A stretch of 64,000 nt of DNA from Amoebophrya sp. A120 (GCA_905178155.1 CAJINV010000002.1:6118476-6182475), one strand, 5' to 3'. Counted from the first letter of the stretch, positions 23,973 through 37,577 are shown. Notes: generated by a model from the sequence alone, not told the origin. Translations and numbers: made by a program.

Positions 23973-26900
23973 CTATTTCTGCTCTTCCGAATAAAAAAGG
24001 TTTGCAAACTTCCTCACCAACAGTCCCTGCGTTCCGCTGACCGCTAAACTGCTACAAAACACCACAGGCCGTACGGACGCTATTCCTCGAAATTCTAGCA
24101 CATACGCCCAGAAAAGCCAATTCAAAACGCTGCAGCCGAAAGCTCCAAACACTGTGAAAAGGCTTATTGCGGAAGTTGTAGACTTTATTGATTTTCTACT
24201 CGTACGGGATCTTATATCAGATGAGGAGCGTCTTCTACTGTCCCTCGTCGGCTTCAGCAATATCAGATTTGGCAACACCAGAGGTAAAAACTGCATCCAC
24301 CAGAGAAAGTACTGCGCCGTACAGACCCGTATCAAATGCAAAAGTGTCTGGGTCTGGAATCAAAATCATGCTTGTCTGGCATGACAAAAAAGTTTGTGAT
24401 GCGTGTCCAAGAAGAGACCCTTTTTCCGTCATGCAAAAACGCAGTTTCTCATGCGAAAAACGCAACACAAAGAAGCGCAGATATTTCTCATGCTTGGCTG
24501 TGCAATACAGAGCATTCACTATTCCCAACACAGCATTACAAGTTTCCAGACCCAGACATTTTTGCATTTGATAACCCGGTTGGCCAGGACAAACACCAGG
24601 CTCTGGAGCAGCAAGGATTGATGCAACGTTTATCAAAATGAAAAATCCCCCCTCCCCATATCAAAACGGAAATTTGTGATGCTGCTTTGTGGCCACAAAT
24701 CAGCTTTGTATTGCAGAGAGTCACCGCGGCCAGATCCCCAGGCTAGGTAGGGGCGTATGGGTCTAGTAGTTCAGCATGGCAAGCGGCCCCCCTTTAGGCC
24801 CAGCAGCATGACAAATCGCTTCCATAATGGGGCGGAAGCTTCTGCCCTTGTCTTCTTGCAAGACAGATGTGATTTGTGACCTCAAATCCGCAATACAAAT
24901 TTTTGGAAACATACCTTTTCAATATGGCGAGGGGGGATTTTTCCTCTCAATAACGTTTCTTCTATCTTTGCTGCGCTGCTCCTGGGGTGTTTGCTTTCAT
25001 GCTCTTCGTCTGTATCGTCGCCTGAGGGGACTGCTGCAGCGTCTTGTTCTTGTCGCATTGGTCGTGCCAGTCTTTCCCGAGGTGAAGCTGTGCTGCCTGT
25101 AGACGCTGACAATGACGCAGCATTGCTCGTTCGTGTCTTCATCTTCGGGGTTTGCGACCTTTTTCTGTTTTTTCTCGCCAGGAGAGCGGCTGGACTTTTC
25201 GTTTGGACGCCGGCAGACTGCTTCTGAAGGGCCGTACTTCTACTTATTTTTCCACCGGAAACGGGAATACAATTAAACCGAAACATAATTTTCTGAAGCA
25301 AGCCCGCCCACTGGAGCTCCTGGTCGCGTGGTCCTAGCCACAAGTAAACGCCAGCAACGACCACCAAGGTTAACTGCAAACCTGTCGAAAACAAGCGTAA
25401 AACGAGGACCGTGGCGCTGCCACCGTCTTCTCCACCTCCTTCCCCCAGCAGTTTCGCAAACAGAAAAAAGTAGGGGGAAAAGTTGTGCTTCGTATCGATC
25501 CTGCGTCCATGGTGGAAAAACGCGGCATCCAAGTAGGCGTGTCCGAAGTAAGAGTAGGACAGCAGGGTTGGCAAAAGAAAACCGGTTGCGAAGCCACAGA
25601 GGGAAAGCAAGAGCTTTGCTCCGACTTTCGTCGTTTGGAAATAGCTCTGATTTCTCTTGCTGTTCCCGTACTTCATATCGTCGTGGGCTACTACGTGTTG
25701 AGCATCTGCATCTGGATCTGTACTATCGCTCCCCCGCCCTTCGTCTGCAAACGTGGCAGCTGAAGAAGATACGGCATCAAACCAAATCGCCAGCCCCAGC
25801 GGGACGATGTACACCACGGGGTATATCCGCATGTGCGTTGCAAGGCCCAAGACCCCCGCAGCAGCGACGCTGCGTTTTCGCGAAAAAAGCAAAAGCCCGA
25901 GAAACAGCAACAAGGAGGTGCAAACGTCGCAGCTACCTCGGGTACTGAGCGCAATGACCACCGGATTCCCAAGCCAGAGGAGGAAGGTGAGCTTGCCGAA
26001 CACAAGTTTTCCCACATGCTCGAGATTGTCGATCGCGGCAGTAGAGGTTGAAACCTGCGTAGTGCCGCGACCTGCCACGTTGCTGGGTGTAGTCGATGGG
26101 TTCTTGTACGAGCTGGTGGTTTGTTCGTGTGTTTCTCCTGCAATTACACGTTTATTTTTCCCCTCGGAAGTTGTTGTTTTCGTACCAGAACTAGAACTAG
26201 AAGTAGATTTCTGCATCAATAATTTCTCCAACAACCAGCCACAGGCTACGTCGGCAAGGACAAATAGAAGCTTCCCAAACCAGAGGGAGGATTCCTTGGA
26301 AGCAGCTGCGTCCCACCTCCAACCAAGGAACGCAGACGGAACAAACCGGATCCAATCAACATGGTTCCCCTGCAGCAGAACCGCTAGAATCGGGCTGTAG
26401 CGGTACTTTGTGTTCTCCTCGAGAAGCACCGGTCTGTTGTAACGCTCCGGCCTACTTTATGCATTGCAAATACCGATCTGGATGGTCTGGAACATGGTGC
26501 TGCGTCTGGCGTAGACAAACATCTGTCGTGTATCGTCAGCAAAAAGAAAATAAGCCGCGCCTTTTGTCATCCGAAGACAGAGTGCCTTTCTCCTCATGCA
26601 GGCTGGGTAAGGATAAGCAAGAGTCTCGCGATTCTTCCTCTTGTTATGCTCTGTGTGCTTTTTTCTTTCTAGACCTTCTTGCAGGAGAAAGCCGCACAAT
26701 GGATTGCAACTGTGTGCATTCTTCCCGACCCCGACATGATATAATTTGCAACGCATAGCCTTGATGCCGTTGATTTTACAGGGAGGTCGACGGGGTACCC
26801 GTAAGCCAGGCCCGTGTCATCGTATGGCGATTTTCCATCTATCAAAGCCCCAGCCGCGTCGGAAAAAACGAAGTAGTCAATGTCCGTGTAGGGGGTCTCG

Positions 26901-26998
26901 AGGTAAAAATCGACGAGAGGGCAGATCAAGAAAATCAGTATCAGGCGAATTGCGAGCCCGGAGAGAAGGCGCTCCGTGGTCGTTGAAGGGAGGACCAT
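23973..26998 (-). CDS. PIGM: GPI mannosyltransferase I (PIG-M/GPI14 family), ~714 aa; 3 introner introns
   Basis: YTDIDYFVFSDAA..GKSPY, YRYSPILA, LSTRGS, ATHMRIYP, RIDTKHNFSPYF, spliced NRV|CTAQYFLWW; multiple hydrophobic helices. Confidence 0.88.
24330..24573. mobile_element. Introner family A
   Basis: TIRs; perfect ACCCG repeat. Confidence 0.92.
24631..24952. mobile_element. Introner family C
   Basis: TATCAAAATGAAAAATCCCCCCTCCCCATA...TATGGCGAGGGGGGATTTTTCCTCTCAATA; perfect ACGTT repeat. Confidence 0.9.
26458..26757. mobile_element. Degenerate introner family A
   Basis: Decayed TIRs; flanks TACTT/GCCTT; frame restored between SPY and YRYSP motifs. Confidence 0.78.
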
Positions 26999-27463
26999 TG
27001 TTTGCCACTCGGCGCGAAAATTCTCGTCGCTCTCAAGGACCTACGTGTATCCTTGTGCAGCAATCAGATATCACAATCGACAAAGAACTTAGTTCTTGGA
27101 AGCCACCCAAGGCAACGACATGCGTAGAATCAACTTAATATAGAAAAATGAACACGCAACAGCCACCCACTGGATGCTCTGAATATGCAGCATGCGACTA
27201 GAGGCATCCTTGCAATTTTTTCCGGCTCCCATCGGTTTCTCTTTTTTGTACTTACTCAACGCGCGTGAGCGCGAGACCCAAGAACTACAGAGAGTTGTAG
27301 TCAGAGGCGATCGCTTTCGCATTCGTTCGAAATGGAGGAAATTAATGTGATCTGTCGTGTGGACATGCAACCGCCACTTCGCTTTAAGAGTCATCATCAG
27401 CCATATGCGGCGAGAACAAGCCATGCGAGACGGCAAGCGTGAAGATGACTATAACCGACATGA

Positions 27464-30400
27464 TCACAAGTCTGACCCGTTTTCCGAACTTCCCGCATCG
27501 CTGCTGCTGCCAAACGAGCTGTTTCGCAGCACGAGCGACAAGGCGCGGCGATTCTCCGAGCGGAACTTCTTTTCGCACACGACGTGCACGTCCAGGAGCA
27601 TCGCCGACTGCGTTTCCCGACACTGCTTGATCAGGTTTTGCGGTACGTAGAACTGCAGGCCCTTCTTGTTCGGTAGAATCTTCGACACCTCCGCGTACAC
27701 TGTTTGCCCCGTCCACTGGTATGCATTGCAAAAGTATCGTACTCGTATAAATGCATTACAAATTTCCTCAGCATGAGAGATAAAATCTGTAATGCGGATT
27801 AACCTTAAGAATGGGATTTGTAATGCATGATTGCAATACGAGTACGATACTTTTGCACAGGATAACTGGTCGGTGAAGGCGATTTTATCAAATGCAAAAA
27901 TGTCTGGGTCTGGAAAGTTGTGATGCTGAGTGGCGTAGCATGAGAAGGCCAAAAGTGCTGGCTCAGCATGACAAATTTCATCTGAGCTTATAGGTGTTGC
28001 CTATTCTGCATGACAACTTGCGTCTCCGCATGACAGAAAAGTGCGGCTCTTGGGTAACGTGCATGACAGATTTAAGAGTCATGCCAGAGAAGCATGACAA
28101 ACATGCACTCTCCCAGACCCAGACATTTTTAATACATTTGATAGATTTGGTACTGCTGCAAATCCGCCACGGGGTTGGCAGAAGTGTTCGTCTATCAAAT
28201 GCAAAAATGTCTGGGTCTGGAAGGATGCAAGGTTTGTCATGCACATTTTGCACGATTCCTGACGTCTGTGATGCATGCCCTAGCACCACTGATTTTGCGA
28301 GGGCTTCCTGATGCCTATACCGCATGAGAAATCTCTCGCCATGGCAAAAACTGGACCTCTTTTGCTGTTCATGCAATACAGATTTTTGTAGCATGCAAAT
28401 GCAGCATCACAAGTTACATCCTTCCAGACCCAGACATATTTGCAATGCATATCGTCGCCTGTTGCAGCTTCGAAGTCTCCAGCGTGATGAGCAACTTGTC
28501 CAGTTCCTTGCCCGCGCGCTCCATCACGTCCACGGTCGACGGATCCATCTTCTTCAGCCGCAGCTTCGGTAGGACCGGGAGTTCCCCCGCCGGGGTCTGG
28601 ACCATTGTGTACAGGATCAGCATCGGGTTGCGGCTGTTTGTCTCGCCGAAGATTTCCTCAATCATAGCAACATCGGGCTGCTTCAGCTCACCAGTCGTAG
28701 GATGCATCTGATTTTCGATGTGGATTCATTTTGGAATTTTTTTTGGCGCCGTAGAAAGACAAAGATAGTCATTGGAGCATCGCATACAGACACACGACAA
28801 CTGAGGGGCGCTACAGCTTAGAATGTTGAAAGTGGTCGATGTATTAAAAGCATCAGCTCAGCTCCTTGGTACAAAAAAGCAAGTAACTACTTATGTACCC
28901 ACTGCAGCTGCGTGACTGCGCACCCGACCCTCGATTGGCACAATTGGTCGAGTAGATAGAAGAAGTGTTTTTCCGAGGAAGATTGCGATAGCGGCAGCTG
29001 AAAGAACGCCTGCTCCTCCCGATCTACGCCGTTCAACACCTTCACGCTGAGCACGATATCGGGCTGCGGCTGCGGCGCGAATGGGTTTTTGCTCTGGTGC
29101 ACGACCGCGGGCGGAGGTTGTTGGGAAGGTTGACCGGTCGCGGACGGTGGTACCGCGCCTCCGACCCCAGAGGTGGACACCAGCAAGGCCGGCGGGGTTG
29201 CGGCCGTCGCGGCAGCTTTTGCGAGCATTTTCTGCTGTTGCTGTGCGGCGATGTTCGGTGGAATTTTGGACGCCGTCAAGGGCTTCGAACCCGGGCTCTG
29301 TAGCAGCTGCGAGGCCGCAGGGATTATGGACGAGGACGCGACTGCAGGAGCAGGAAGCCCGGCGGTGCCTAGCACCTGCGGAGGACCTTGCGGCGCGGAA
29401 GTCGACGACACTGCGGGTTGCAGTGTGGGGGTGAACTGCTGCTGCAGCATGTTCATCGGGACTTGCGGTGGCGGTCCAGGCCCCTGGTGGTGCCCGCCAG
29501 GTTGCAAAAGCAGCGTTGGGTTGGAAGCGGACCTGTTCAGCTGCGCGTGCTGCATTTGCTGTCCGGGAGCGGCTGGACCTCCTACTATGCTGTGCTGCAG
29601 TAGCTGCGGCGGCCCTGGCCCCCTGGAGGCTCCTGTTGCAGCTCCTGTAGGTCCCGCCGCTAATAGAGGCGGTGGACCACCTGCTCCTGCGCTACTCTTG
29701 TTATTTGTTGTTCCTAGGTTGTGCAATAAACTCTGCTGCGCCTGAGTGTGCTGTTGCTGCAAAATCTGCTGGCGATTTTGTGCAGCTGCTGCATTGGTCG
29801 TCGAGGACGAAGAAGACGACTGCGCTCTCGTCTGCTGCTGGTGCACCATTTGGATAGAAGTACTGATCGCCCCCGGCACGGATCCCGTCCGTTGCAACGG
29901 TTGTGGTACACCACCAGGAGTTGTCGTGCTGGACGACGTCCCCATTCCTCCACTGCTGGTTCTGCCCTTCAAGCGCTCGTGGAGCTGTTCCGCGACGTTC
30001 TGCGCTCGCGAGAGTTTGTTCTCGTACTGCGATTTCTCCTGTTCGTGCTGGTTCCGTTCCTCCTCTAGTTGTCCCTGGAGCTTTTTTAGCTCTTGAATCA
30101 AATACAAGTTCACGTTGGTCCCCGCTAAAGCCGGATTGTTGATGGAAGTCCCGATCTGTGAAGAACTCGCCGCGCCCCCGTCCTGGCCAGTAATGGATGC
30201 TGTAGTCGTACTAGAACTCGTCCCCACGACAGGGGGCACTGCTGCGTTAATGCTACCAGGACCTCCTCCAGAAGTAAGGAGACCTACCGCTGCGGCAGAT
30301 GTTGCCTGGTGCTGGTGTGGTCCGGGTATTGTTCCAGCTGGACCAGCAGCTCCCGGGGGAAGCATAAGATTCGCGCCTGTAGTTGTACTCGCCCCGGGTT

Positions 30401-33400
30401 TTGCTTTCCGCTGTTGCGTATTCAATGCAAAAGCAAAAGCATCGACACAATCGTAAAAATGCAAGTCTTGCATGATATGCAGATCCGCTTTTTTGTTTAC
30501 CTAAGCTAAGAAAGCAGCATTGGACATGGACTTGTAATGCTCTCAAATACTTACTAGTGATACGATACTTTTGCCATGCGTATTGTGGTGACGAGGCAGC
30601 GGAAGACACAGAGGAAGACGCCGGGAAGAGGTTGGTGCTGTTGCTTTCCCTCTTGCTGACATCAAATGCAAATTCGTGTCTGGGTCTGGAAAAGTGCACA
30701 GGCGTGTCACGTAGCTTCTGCACCATGCAGATGGCTGCCTGGAAGCATCACAGGTTTTCCGGCCGCGGCCGCTTCTCAATGTCGTATCATTATTCTGCAT
30801 GAGGAATCAATTCGCTGTTTGCGTGGCAAGAATTGGGAAAGAACAATATCTTGTGCAATCGCGAGTTAGCGTCAACACGAGTTTGCATTTTTCCAGACCC
30901 AGACACAATATCTTCCATGTCCATAGATATTCCTCATCGTCACTTGCTGTTGATGCAGCATCATCGGGGAGCTGACGTTTATCAAATGTAAAAATGTCTG
31001 GGTCTGGAAATATGCAACTTGTCATGCTAAATCTGAAGCATGCAAAAATCTGTGTTGCATGCTTACCAAAAGTCGCCCAGTTTTGACCAAGTCGGAAGGG
31101 AGTTTCTCATGCAGGATAGGCATGAGAGAGATCGCACAGAATCTGTCATGCTAGGTCCTGCATTCCAGGCCTCATGGGTCATGGAAAAGCTGCATGACAA
31201 GTCGCGCATTCTTCCAGACCCAGACATTTTTGCATTTGATAACGTTGCTGGAAGTCGTATTTGAAGATGCGTTAATGTTCTGTCCTATCCTGTGTAACAA
31301 CGTCCCCACCCCAGAGTCAAGATGGGGATTTTGCAACACAAACCTTGAAGTTTTGGGAACCACGCATGACAAATTGCAGGCTGTAGTGTAGTGCAGTTTA
31401 GCAAGGGAAGCCGCATAAGAAATCGATCTCCTTATGCTGTTTACAGCATTACAAGTTCCAAAACACGATTGAGAATGCCCCTCATGGGAGCGCGCATTAC
31501 CAACGCTCTTGTGCTTGCAGATCTGCATCACAACTCTGGGGTGGGGACGTTTTTACTCAGGATATGTCCGCTGCCAACCGCTGTTGCGTTCCCCAAGTGC
31601 GGACTGGCGGCCGACGCGGTCAAAGCTTATCAAATGCAAAAATGTCTGGGTCTGGAAGGCGGCAACCTGTCATGGTAAATCTGAAGTATGCAAAAATCTG
31701 TGTTGCATGAGTGCCAAAAGCTGTCCACTTTTGACCAAGTTAGAAGGGAGTTTCTCATGCAGGATAGGCATGGCAGAGACCTTGCAGAGTCTGTCATGCT
31801 AAGTCCCGCATTCCAGATCCCATGGGTCATGGAAAATCTGCATGACAAGTTTACACTTTTCCAGACCCAGACATTTTTGCACTTCATAGAGCTAGAGGAC
31901 TGCTTAAACTCGAGTTGTTGCTAGTATTGCGATGTGATGAGGATGACACAGCTGCGCTTCCTGCGATTTTCTTCTTCTTGCTTTTCTTCTGTTGTGGACC
32001 TCCAGATGGCGCAGAAGAATTGTTCAACATCATCCCTCCAGCTCCAGCTATGCTGCTTGCAGGCGTTGTGTTACTCGCAGCCGCTCCCAAATTACGATCG
32101 CCTATCATCTGCGACGAGGACGACTTGTTGATGTTGTCCCTCACATTTTCACTGCTGACGCTGCTCCCCTCATTGAACAAATCCTCGGTGGAAAAATCTA
32201 GATCGTAGTCGTCCAGCAGGCCCCTATCAGTAAACCGCAACTGCTCGTACGCAATACTCGCCTCCCCATCCGAGGAATTCTGGTCGTCGTCCATCAGATT
32301 TATGTCCTCAAGCATCATCGGATTGTTGCTTGTCCCGTCGTCGTTTGGCAAAATCCCTGTCGTGGTTGTCCCGAACGGCGACATCGCGCTGTTGCGTGTA
32401 TCAAATGCAAAAATGTCTGGGTCTGGAAGGATGCAAGGTTTGTCATGCACATTTTGCGGGACTCCTGGACCTGATGTCTGCGATGCATGCCCTAGCATCA
32501 CAGATGCTGTGAGGGCTTTCTGATGCCTATACCGCATGAGAAATGCCCTCTCGCCGTGGCCAAAACCAGACCTCTTTTGCTGTGCATGCAATACAGATTT
32601 TTGGATAATGCAGACGCAGCATCACAAGTTGCATTCTTCCAGACCCAGACATTTTTACGGTTGATAGCGTGCGTTATTGGGCAACATCATTAACTCCCCA
32701 GGGGGAGAGGTGCTGGAACTGCTGCTCATTAGTATGGATGTGTCAGGATTGAAATCGTCAAAGTTGAAATAGTTTGTCATGCATAAAATGCCAGGCATGA
32801 AATGCCTGCCTTGCCGGGATGGCAAGTGAGGCCGACTGTCAGCCTGTTTAGGGTTTGAAATAGAGCCGCTAAAGAAGTAGCATCACAAAAGCAGTCGTCT
32901 GTGCCCAAACAGCATGACAAATTGGACTCCGGTGCTCGGAGAATTTGTCATGCACGGCTTGGAAATTGGGCTTCCAACTGGTATCGATTTTATGCATTAC
33001 CAGTTATCTCAACTTTGACGATTTCAATCCTGACGCTTCCATAATTAGTCCACCTTGACTAGAGGACGTGTTGTTCACCAAACTCAGGGTGTTCTGTTGG
33101 TTCGTATGCATTGCAAAGCAAGTATCGCAGTACTATGAGAAATCGCATCACAAATTTCCTCAAATCTTCAGGCTCAAGGTTGAGGTTCTATCTAAAACAA
33201 ATGGCATTTGTAAAAAATGCGGAACTTGGTGAAAGGAAAAGCCGGATCTGCAGTGTTACTTCTGTGCTGCACTGCAAAAATCCTAGCCTACAGGTTGTAC
33301 CACGACACTTTTGCAATGTTGCATAGTTCGAGATGCTCGCCCACTCCAGGTCCACCACGCCCAGTTTCTGTAGCACGGCTTGCAAGTGGAATTTCAGGTG

Positions 33401-33823
33401 CGGGTTCTGTCCTTTCACCAAGGCTAGCTGCAACAACTCGCGCGCCTTCTGCTGGTGCTTGGCCGCTTGTTTCCGCTTACCCCTGCCGGACATCTCGATG
33501 GCCAGCTGCGCTTCTTTGATACCGGAGGAAACCAGCTCATCGACGGATTTGAACTGATTGGGGTTAGTGTTTTGACTGTTCCGGTTACTAATATTGTTCG
33601 CCGCTGTTAACCGGGAGGTCAAGGTCGCGCTGCGGGTCACGAGACCAGCACCCGGTCTTGTCCCAATAGTCTGCTGGTTTTGGTGGCCAGCGAGTGCTCC
33701 CCCGCCTTGTTCGAGCGCGATACCATCGTCGAAGTTTTGCCCCAAGTATTGATGCTCGGCCTCCTCGCCCGGCCGGAGCCGGCGCCGGACGCGGCGCTTC
33801 ACGTAGCTGACGCAGCCGCCCAT
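27464..33823 (-). CDS. ~1140-aa protein: MGGC N terminus, MIT-like helices, long Q/S/A/P low-complexity region, coiled coil; 11 introner introns plus GT-AG intron 28708-28898
   Basis: All junctions rejoin in frame (net 3423 nt); ELVSSGIKEAQLAIEMSGRGKRKQAAKHQQKARELLQLAL resembles MIT domains. Confidence 0.75.
27720..27864. mobile_element. Introner family B
   Basis: TIRs; perfect ACTGG repeat. Confidence 0.92.
27886..28143. mobile_element. Introner family A
   Basis: TIRs; perfect GATTT repeat. Confidence 0.92.
28193..28451. mobile_element. Introner family A (interior reversed relative to 6087 copy)
   Basis: TIRs; perfect TCGTC repeat. Confidence 0.92.
30419..30582. mobile_element. Degenerate introner family B
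   Basis: TATTCAATGCAAAAG...CGATACTTTTGCCATGCGTA; flanks TTGCG/TTGTG. Confidence 0.8.
30663..30925. mobile_element. Degenerate introner family A, left terminal TAT lost
   Basis: CAAATGCAAATTCGTGTCTGGGTCTGG...CCAGACCCAGACACAATATCTTCCATGTCCATA; flanks GACAT/GATAT. Confidence 0.75.
30980..31241. mobile_element. Introner family A
   Basis: TIRs; perfect ACGTT repeat. Confidence 0.92.
31286..31564. mobile_element. Introner family F
   Basis: TATCCTGTGTAACAACGTCCCCACCCCAGAG...CTCTGGGGTGGGGACGTTTTTACTCAGGATA; perfect TGTCC repeat. Confidence 0.9.
31628..31888. mobile_element. Introner family A
   Basis: TIRs; flanks AAGCT/GAGCT. Confidence 0.9.
32399..32666. mobile_element. Introner family A
   Basis: TIRs; perfect GCGTG repeat. 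Confidence 0.9.
32733..33043. mobile_element. Introner family D
   Basis: Long TIR TATGGA..GTCAGGATTGAAATCGTCAAAGTTGA; perfect ATTAG repeat; homologous to 51963-52270. Confidence 0.92.
33105..33325. mobile_element. Introner family B (divergent)
   Basis: TIRs; perfect GTTCG repeat. Confidence 0.85.
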
Positions 33824-35514
33824 GAAGAAACGTAGCTCTTTTCTTCAAGACGAACCGGCACTACACAGCCGACTTCCTGGGTAGTTCAACGGTGGACTAA
33901 GTGAAGACACAAGGACGTGCAAGAATTCCCGCTCCACTTTCTCTCGTCGTCCCTACTTTAGGTCCACACGTCACCTCTTCCTGCTTGCGGTCGCGCTCCG
34001 CAAAAATTGCGCGCTTTCATGAAGGTTCATTCCGTGCATCTGTGGTCGTGCGCGACCGGCGCGACCCTGTAGCTGCAGCTCTTGCCGAACAAGATCTTCT
34101 GCACTCACTGCTTGCCAAGAACATCGCGGCCCTACAACTTGAAGATGCCAAGCAAGTGGTGTTCTGCTCGTTCTTACCCCTACTTCCTGGTCCTGCTTTG
34201 TACTACCCGCATTGGTGATGTCGTCAGAAGCAAAAGCTGCCAAAGCTGCCATGGTGAAACAAAGCTATGAGTGTCAATGTTCTTTTAAAGAGAACTACTA
34301 AACTGCGCTCGAACGAGACTCGACGACGTGACCTGCCGGAAATCAGGGAAGAACTACAGGAAGACTTCGTTTGCAAACAAGAGCGCACCGTCGAGAAGAA
34401 AAAACTAGGACCACCACGACCGCACTGGGGCAACGGGACACGGAAACAAACCAGTCTCGTTCTTACGATCATCCAGTCTCGTGCCTACTTGACACGCGAC
34501 GGACTGCGCTCTCCACGATGTCGTCCCTGTCCGCAACAAGAAGTTCTGCAAAATTATAAAACGCTTCAAGTTCTTAAATCACTGGAAGAACTAATGGGTC
34601 CTCGTACATTCCCTTTCATATTTCCAAATTGAATACAGAGCCTTCTCGTCGTCGTCGAGGAGGCGATACCGATACGGATACGTGGACGAAAAGGAGGATG
34701 TTGATTTGTCAGACATAATAGTAAACGATTTTTCAGGAAAATAAGAACATCGCGAGGGAGTGAGTAAGTACTTATCCGCAGCGCAAATCCACCCACCTTG
34801 GGCGCTGTCTACCACGGCCACTGCCAGTGTAGGATAGTTTTCTTACGAGACCACACCTGGATGTCAGCCTGAAGCTCTCGTGTCACAGAATCCAGGGAAA
34901 GCGAAAGAACTTGTTTGCCTTGTTCTATAGTGCCTGTACAGGATACGCATGGGGGCTACCCACTTTGGTTTTCGTGTAAAGCAGAAAACATTCAGCCTCT
35001 GATTGGCCTGTCAGCTAATTTTACGCCCTGGCTACCGCCACAAGCGAAATCGAGCCGTCTTTGGTAAAATAAATTGATGCCAAAAAATTCACATAGCCTA
35101 CTCCTCGAAGCTGTTTGGTAACAAGACCGGAGCACACGCACTCGCACATAGCTTCTTTGCAAGTCTTTGTACATTTCGATGCAAAGCTACAGTTTTCTTA
35201 CCGTCTTCGACACAGACTAGGGGCACTCAACGTTTTGACTGCAAGAAAATAAAAACGGGGGGGAACGAAAAAGTTAAATTTGAGCTAGTATAGATCCGCT
35301 AACTACGCCAAAACCTCCTAGAAGGTGATGGCACAACCCTAGATGGCTCGATGCGAGCAAAGCGGTTCTGTAAAATTTGAATTTCGTTGTGACAACATTC
35401 ATACATTTGGTGCTGCCTCAGACAGACCGCTTATTTGCTCCTACTAGGTTCGCGTAATTATTACAAACGTGGCGCTTGCATGTCATCAAGGAGCCACATC
35501 ATATCTGAATCTGC

Positions 35515-36473
35515 CTAAAAGTTGAAGCCTCCTTTTTTCTCTTCTTTTTTCGGCGCCTCGTCGACTTTGACGGCCGGAGCCGGGGCTTTGTTCAGGTCGC
35601 AACAGCAGCCCGGCCCCTCGAACTTCCACGGATTGCAGACGGCAGCGTTGGAGCCACAGCTGAGCGGTACAACCACCGTGTTCATCAGAATGCACACCAC
35701 GACCGAGCCGATAATCGAGAGCACAATGGACAGCATGTCATCCCCAAACTTCATGCGAAACTCCATCTCCTGCTCCGTTTGCGCGCGGAGCAACCTCCGA
35801 CGCTGGGTAGTTGTACTTCTTGCCCGACGTTCTTGAGAGGTTGAGGAGGATGCGCGGCTGTGGCTGAGTACCACCTTGCTCTTATCTTCCGACACCTGCG
35901 TGGTTTCCCTGGTCGCCTTGCGCGTAGAGGTGGACCCAACTTGGAGGAAGTTCGTCCCTACTTGTTGATGATCTACTTGTACTTCAGCTGACGACGTTTG
36001 TAAAAATACCTCCCTCCTCGCAAACGCTTTTGGCCTCTTCCAATCATCGGAGTTGTTCTCCTTTGCGATCTTCGCCAGTAGTGATGTTCGGGTCGGTTGT
36101 GCATTCGTTCCGTCGTGCTCCTGCTCCATCGCGAGGGGAGACTCGTAGTACCTGGAAAATGGTAGATAATTCTACAGTTGGATATTACGAAGGAGAACAA
36201 ATCGGCGCACTTCGCTGTAATTTTGGCTTGCAATTGGTGGTCAACTGGCACTGGCAGCGATCGCAATAAAGTTTGTACGCATATATGTGTCTTTGTACTA
36301 GAGTTGCTGGTGCTTCATTTTTGATTTAGATCTTTTGCAGGAACGCTGTCTTCACCGCCATATGTCAATATCAAGCAAGATTCTTGATACCTTCTTTTCC
36401 CCTTCACCGCCAGCACGTGAAACAGTTCCGGTACTGCGACGGCCGCGACTGAGAAGGCGACGCGAGCGAACAT
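35515..36473 (-). CDS. ~239-aa putative secretory-pathway membrane protein (signal peptide, FLQ motifs, TM helix, Cys cluster); GT-AG intron 36152-36390
   Basis: MFARVAFSVAAVAV exon joins in phase 2 (KGKRR|YYESPLAMEQ); LSIVLSIIGSVVVCIL TM segment; GCCC. Confidence 0.6.
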
Positions 36474-37335
36474 TGTGCGATGAGCTAGCGTGCGCAAGAG
36501 CGGCACAAGCGTGCCCCGAAACTGAAAATTATGGGTTAACTTACTTAATCGGCGGGTGGAAATGAGATAGGGGTGGAAAGTGAAGTGACAATAAACGAAA
36601 CAAACGCGAATGAAGTGTGACAACACTCAGAACTGTTGCATGGAGCGGACTTCTTAAATTCAGTTTCAATGTACCTCACCTGCAGCACATAAACATATAA
36701 TAAATCACAGAGATTGAGATAATTCGTTCCCGAGCCGAAGGAATAACAATCAAAAATCGGGCACAGGCTAAAAACAGTACTTGCTTCAAACGTGGTGCGC
36801 CACTTCGGCGAGACAAACGAAAATTTCTTCGGACGAACGAAAACGAAGACACTGAGACTGATACGATTTTGGAGTTGCACGATGAAACAAACTTTACGAG
36901 ATTTCATGTGGTACGAAAACGAAAACCAGATGAGAAGAGAACGAACGAAGATAAGACACAGACACCTGCAGGCAGTTGCACGACTATGACAGTGAAGGCA
37001 ATGCGCAGCGGAATATACATTCATGACGTGCCTCACCATCAGCTTGAACAGTCTTAGATCGCGAGCGCCTTCCTTTTTTGTCTTTGGAAATTAGCTTTGG
37101 CATCATGGTGTTGCATTTCATTGATTCGTAACCGTAAACGGAACGTCATCTCTAGTGTTGCGGATAGAGCTTCCGCTGCTGTCGTTTGCCAGGCTGTCCG
37201 GGGGTCGGTCTGACCACTCTAAAACGTGATAACCGATTCCGTCCCCGAAATCCGAAATTGGTTCTTCGAAAATAGTAAACTTTTTTTCATGCATAGTCAA
37301 GAGCCGGAAAGCATACTCAAAGCCTGAAATACGTA

Positions 37336-37387
37336 TCTCAATCTGCAGTGAAAATCATCTCTACTCTCAATCTGCAGTGAAAATCAT
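37336..37387 (+). repeat. Tandem duplication of TCTCAATCTGCAGTGAAAATCAT
   Basis: Identical 23-mers at 37336 and 37365. Confidence 0.85.
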
Positions 37388-37577
37388 GAAGATCGTAAGC
37401 GATCAGATTGGTGAAACTACAACTACTGACTCGTCTGATAGGCATAAGTACTTCAGCAAACTGCAAGCGTCAACGCACTGCATTCCAGAAGGATTTTTGT
37501 TGAAAATCCTTCCCGCAGCAGAAGAGAACTTCTACAAGCAGAGCAGACGTCACTATCAAGCGCACAGTGTGATCCGT

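Noticed and set aside
37118-37300. 60-aa minus-strand ORF
   Set aside because: No motif or splice partner identified
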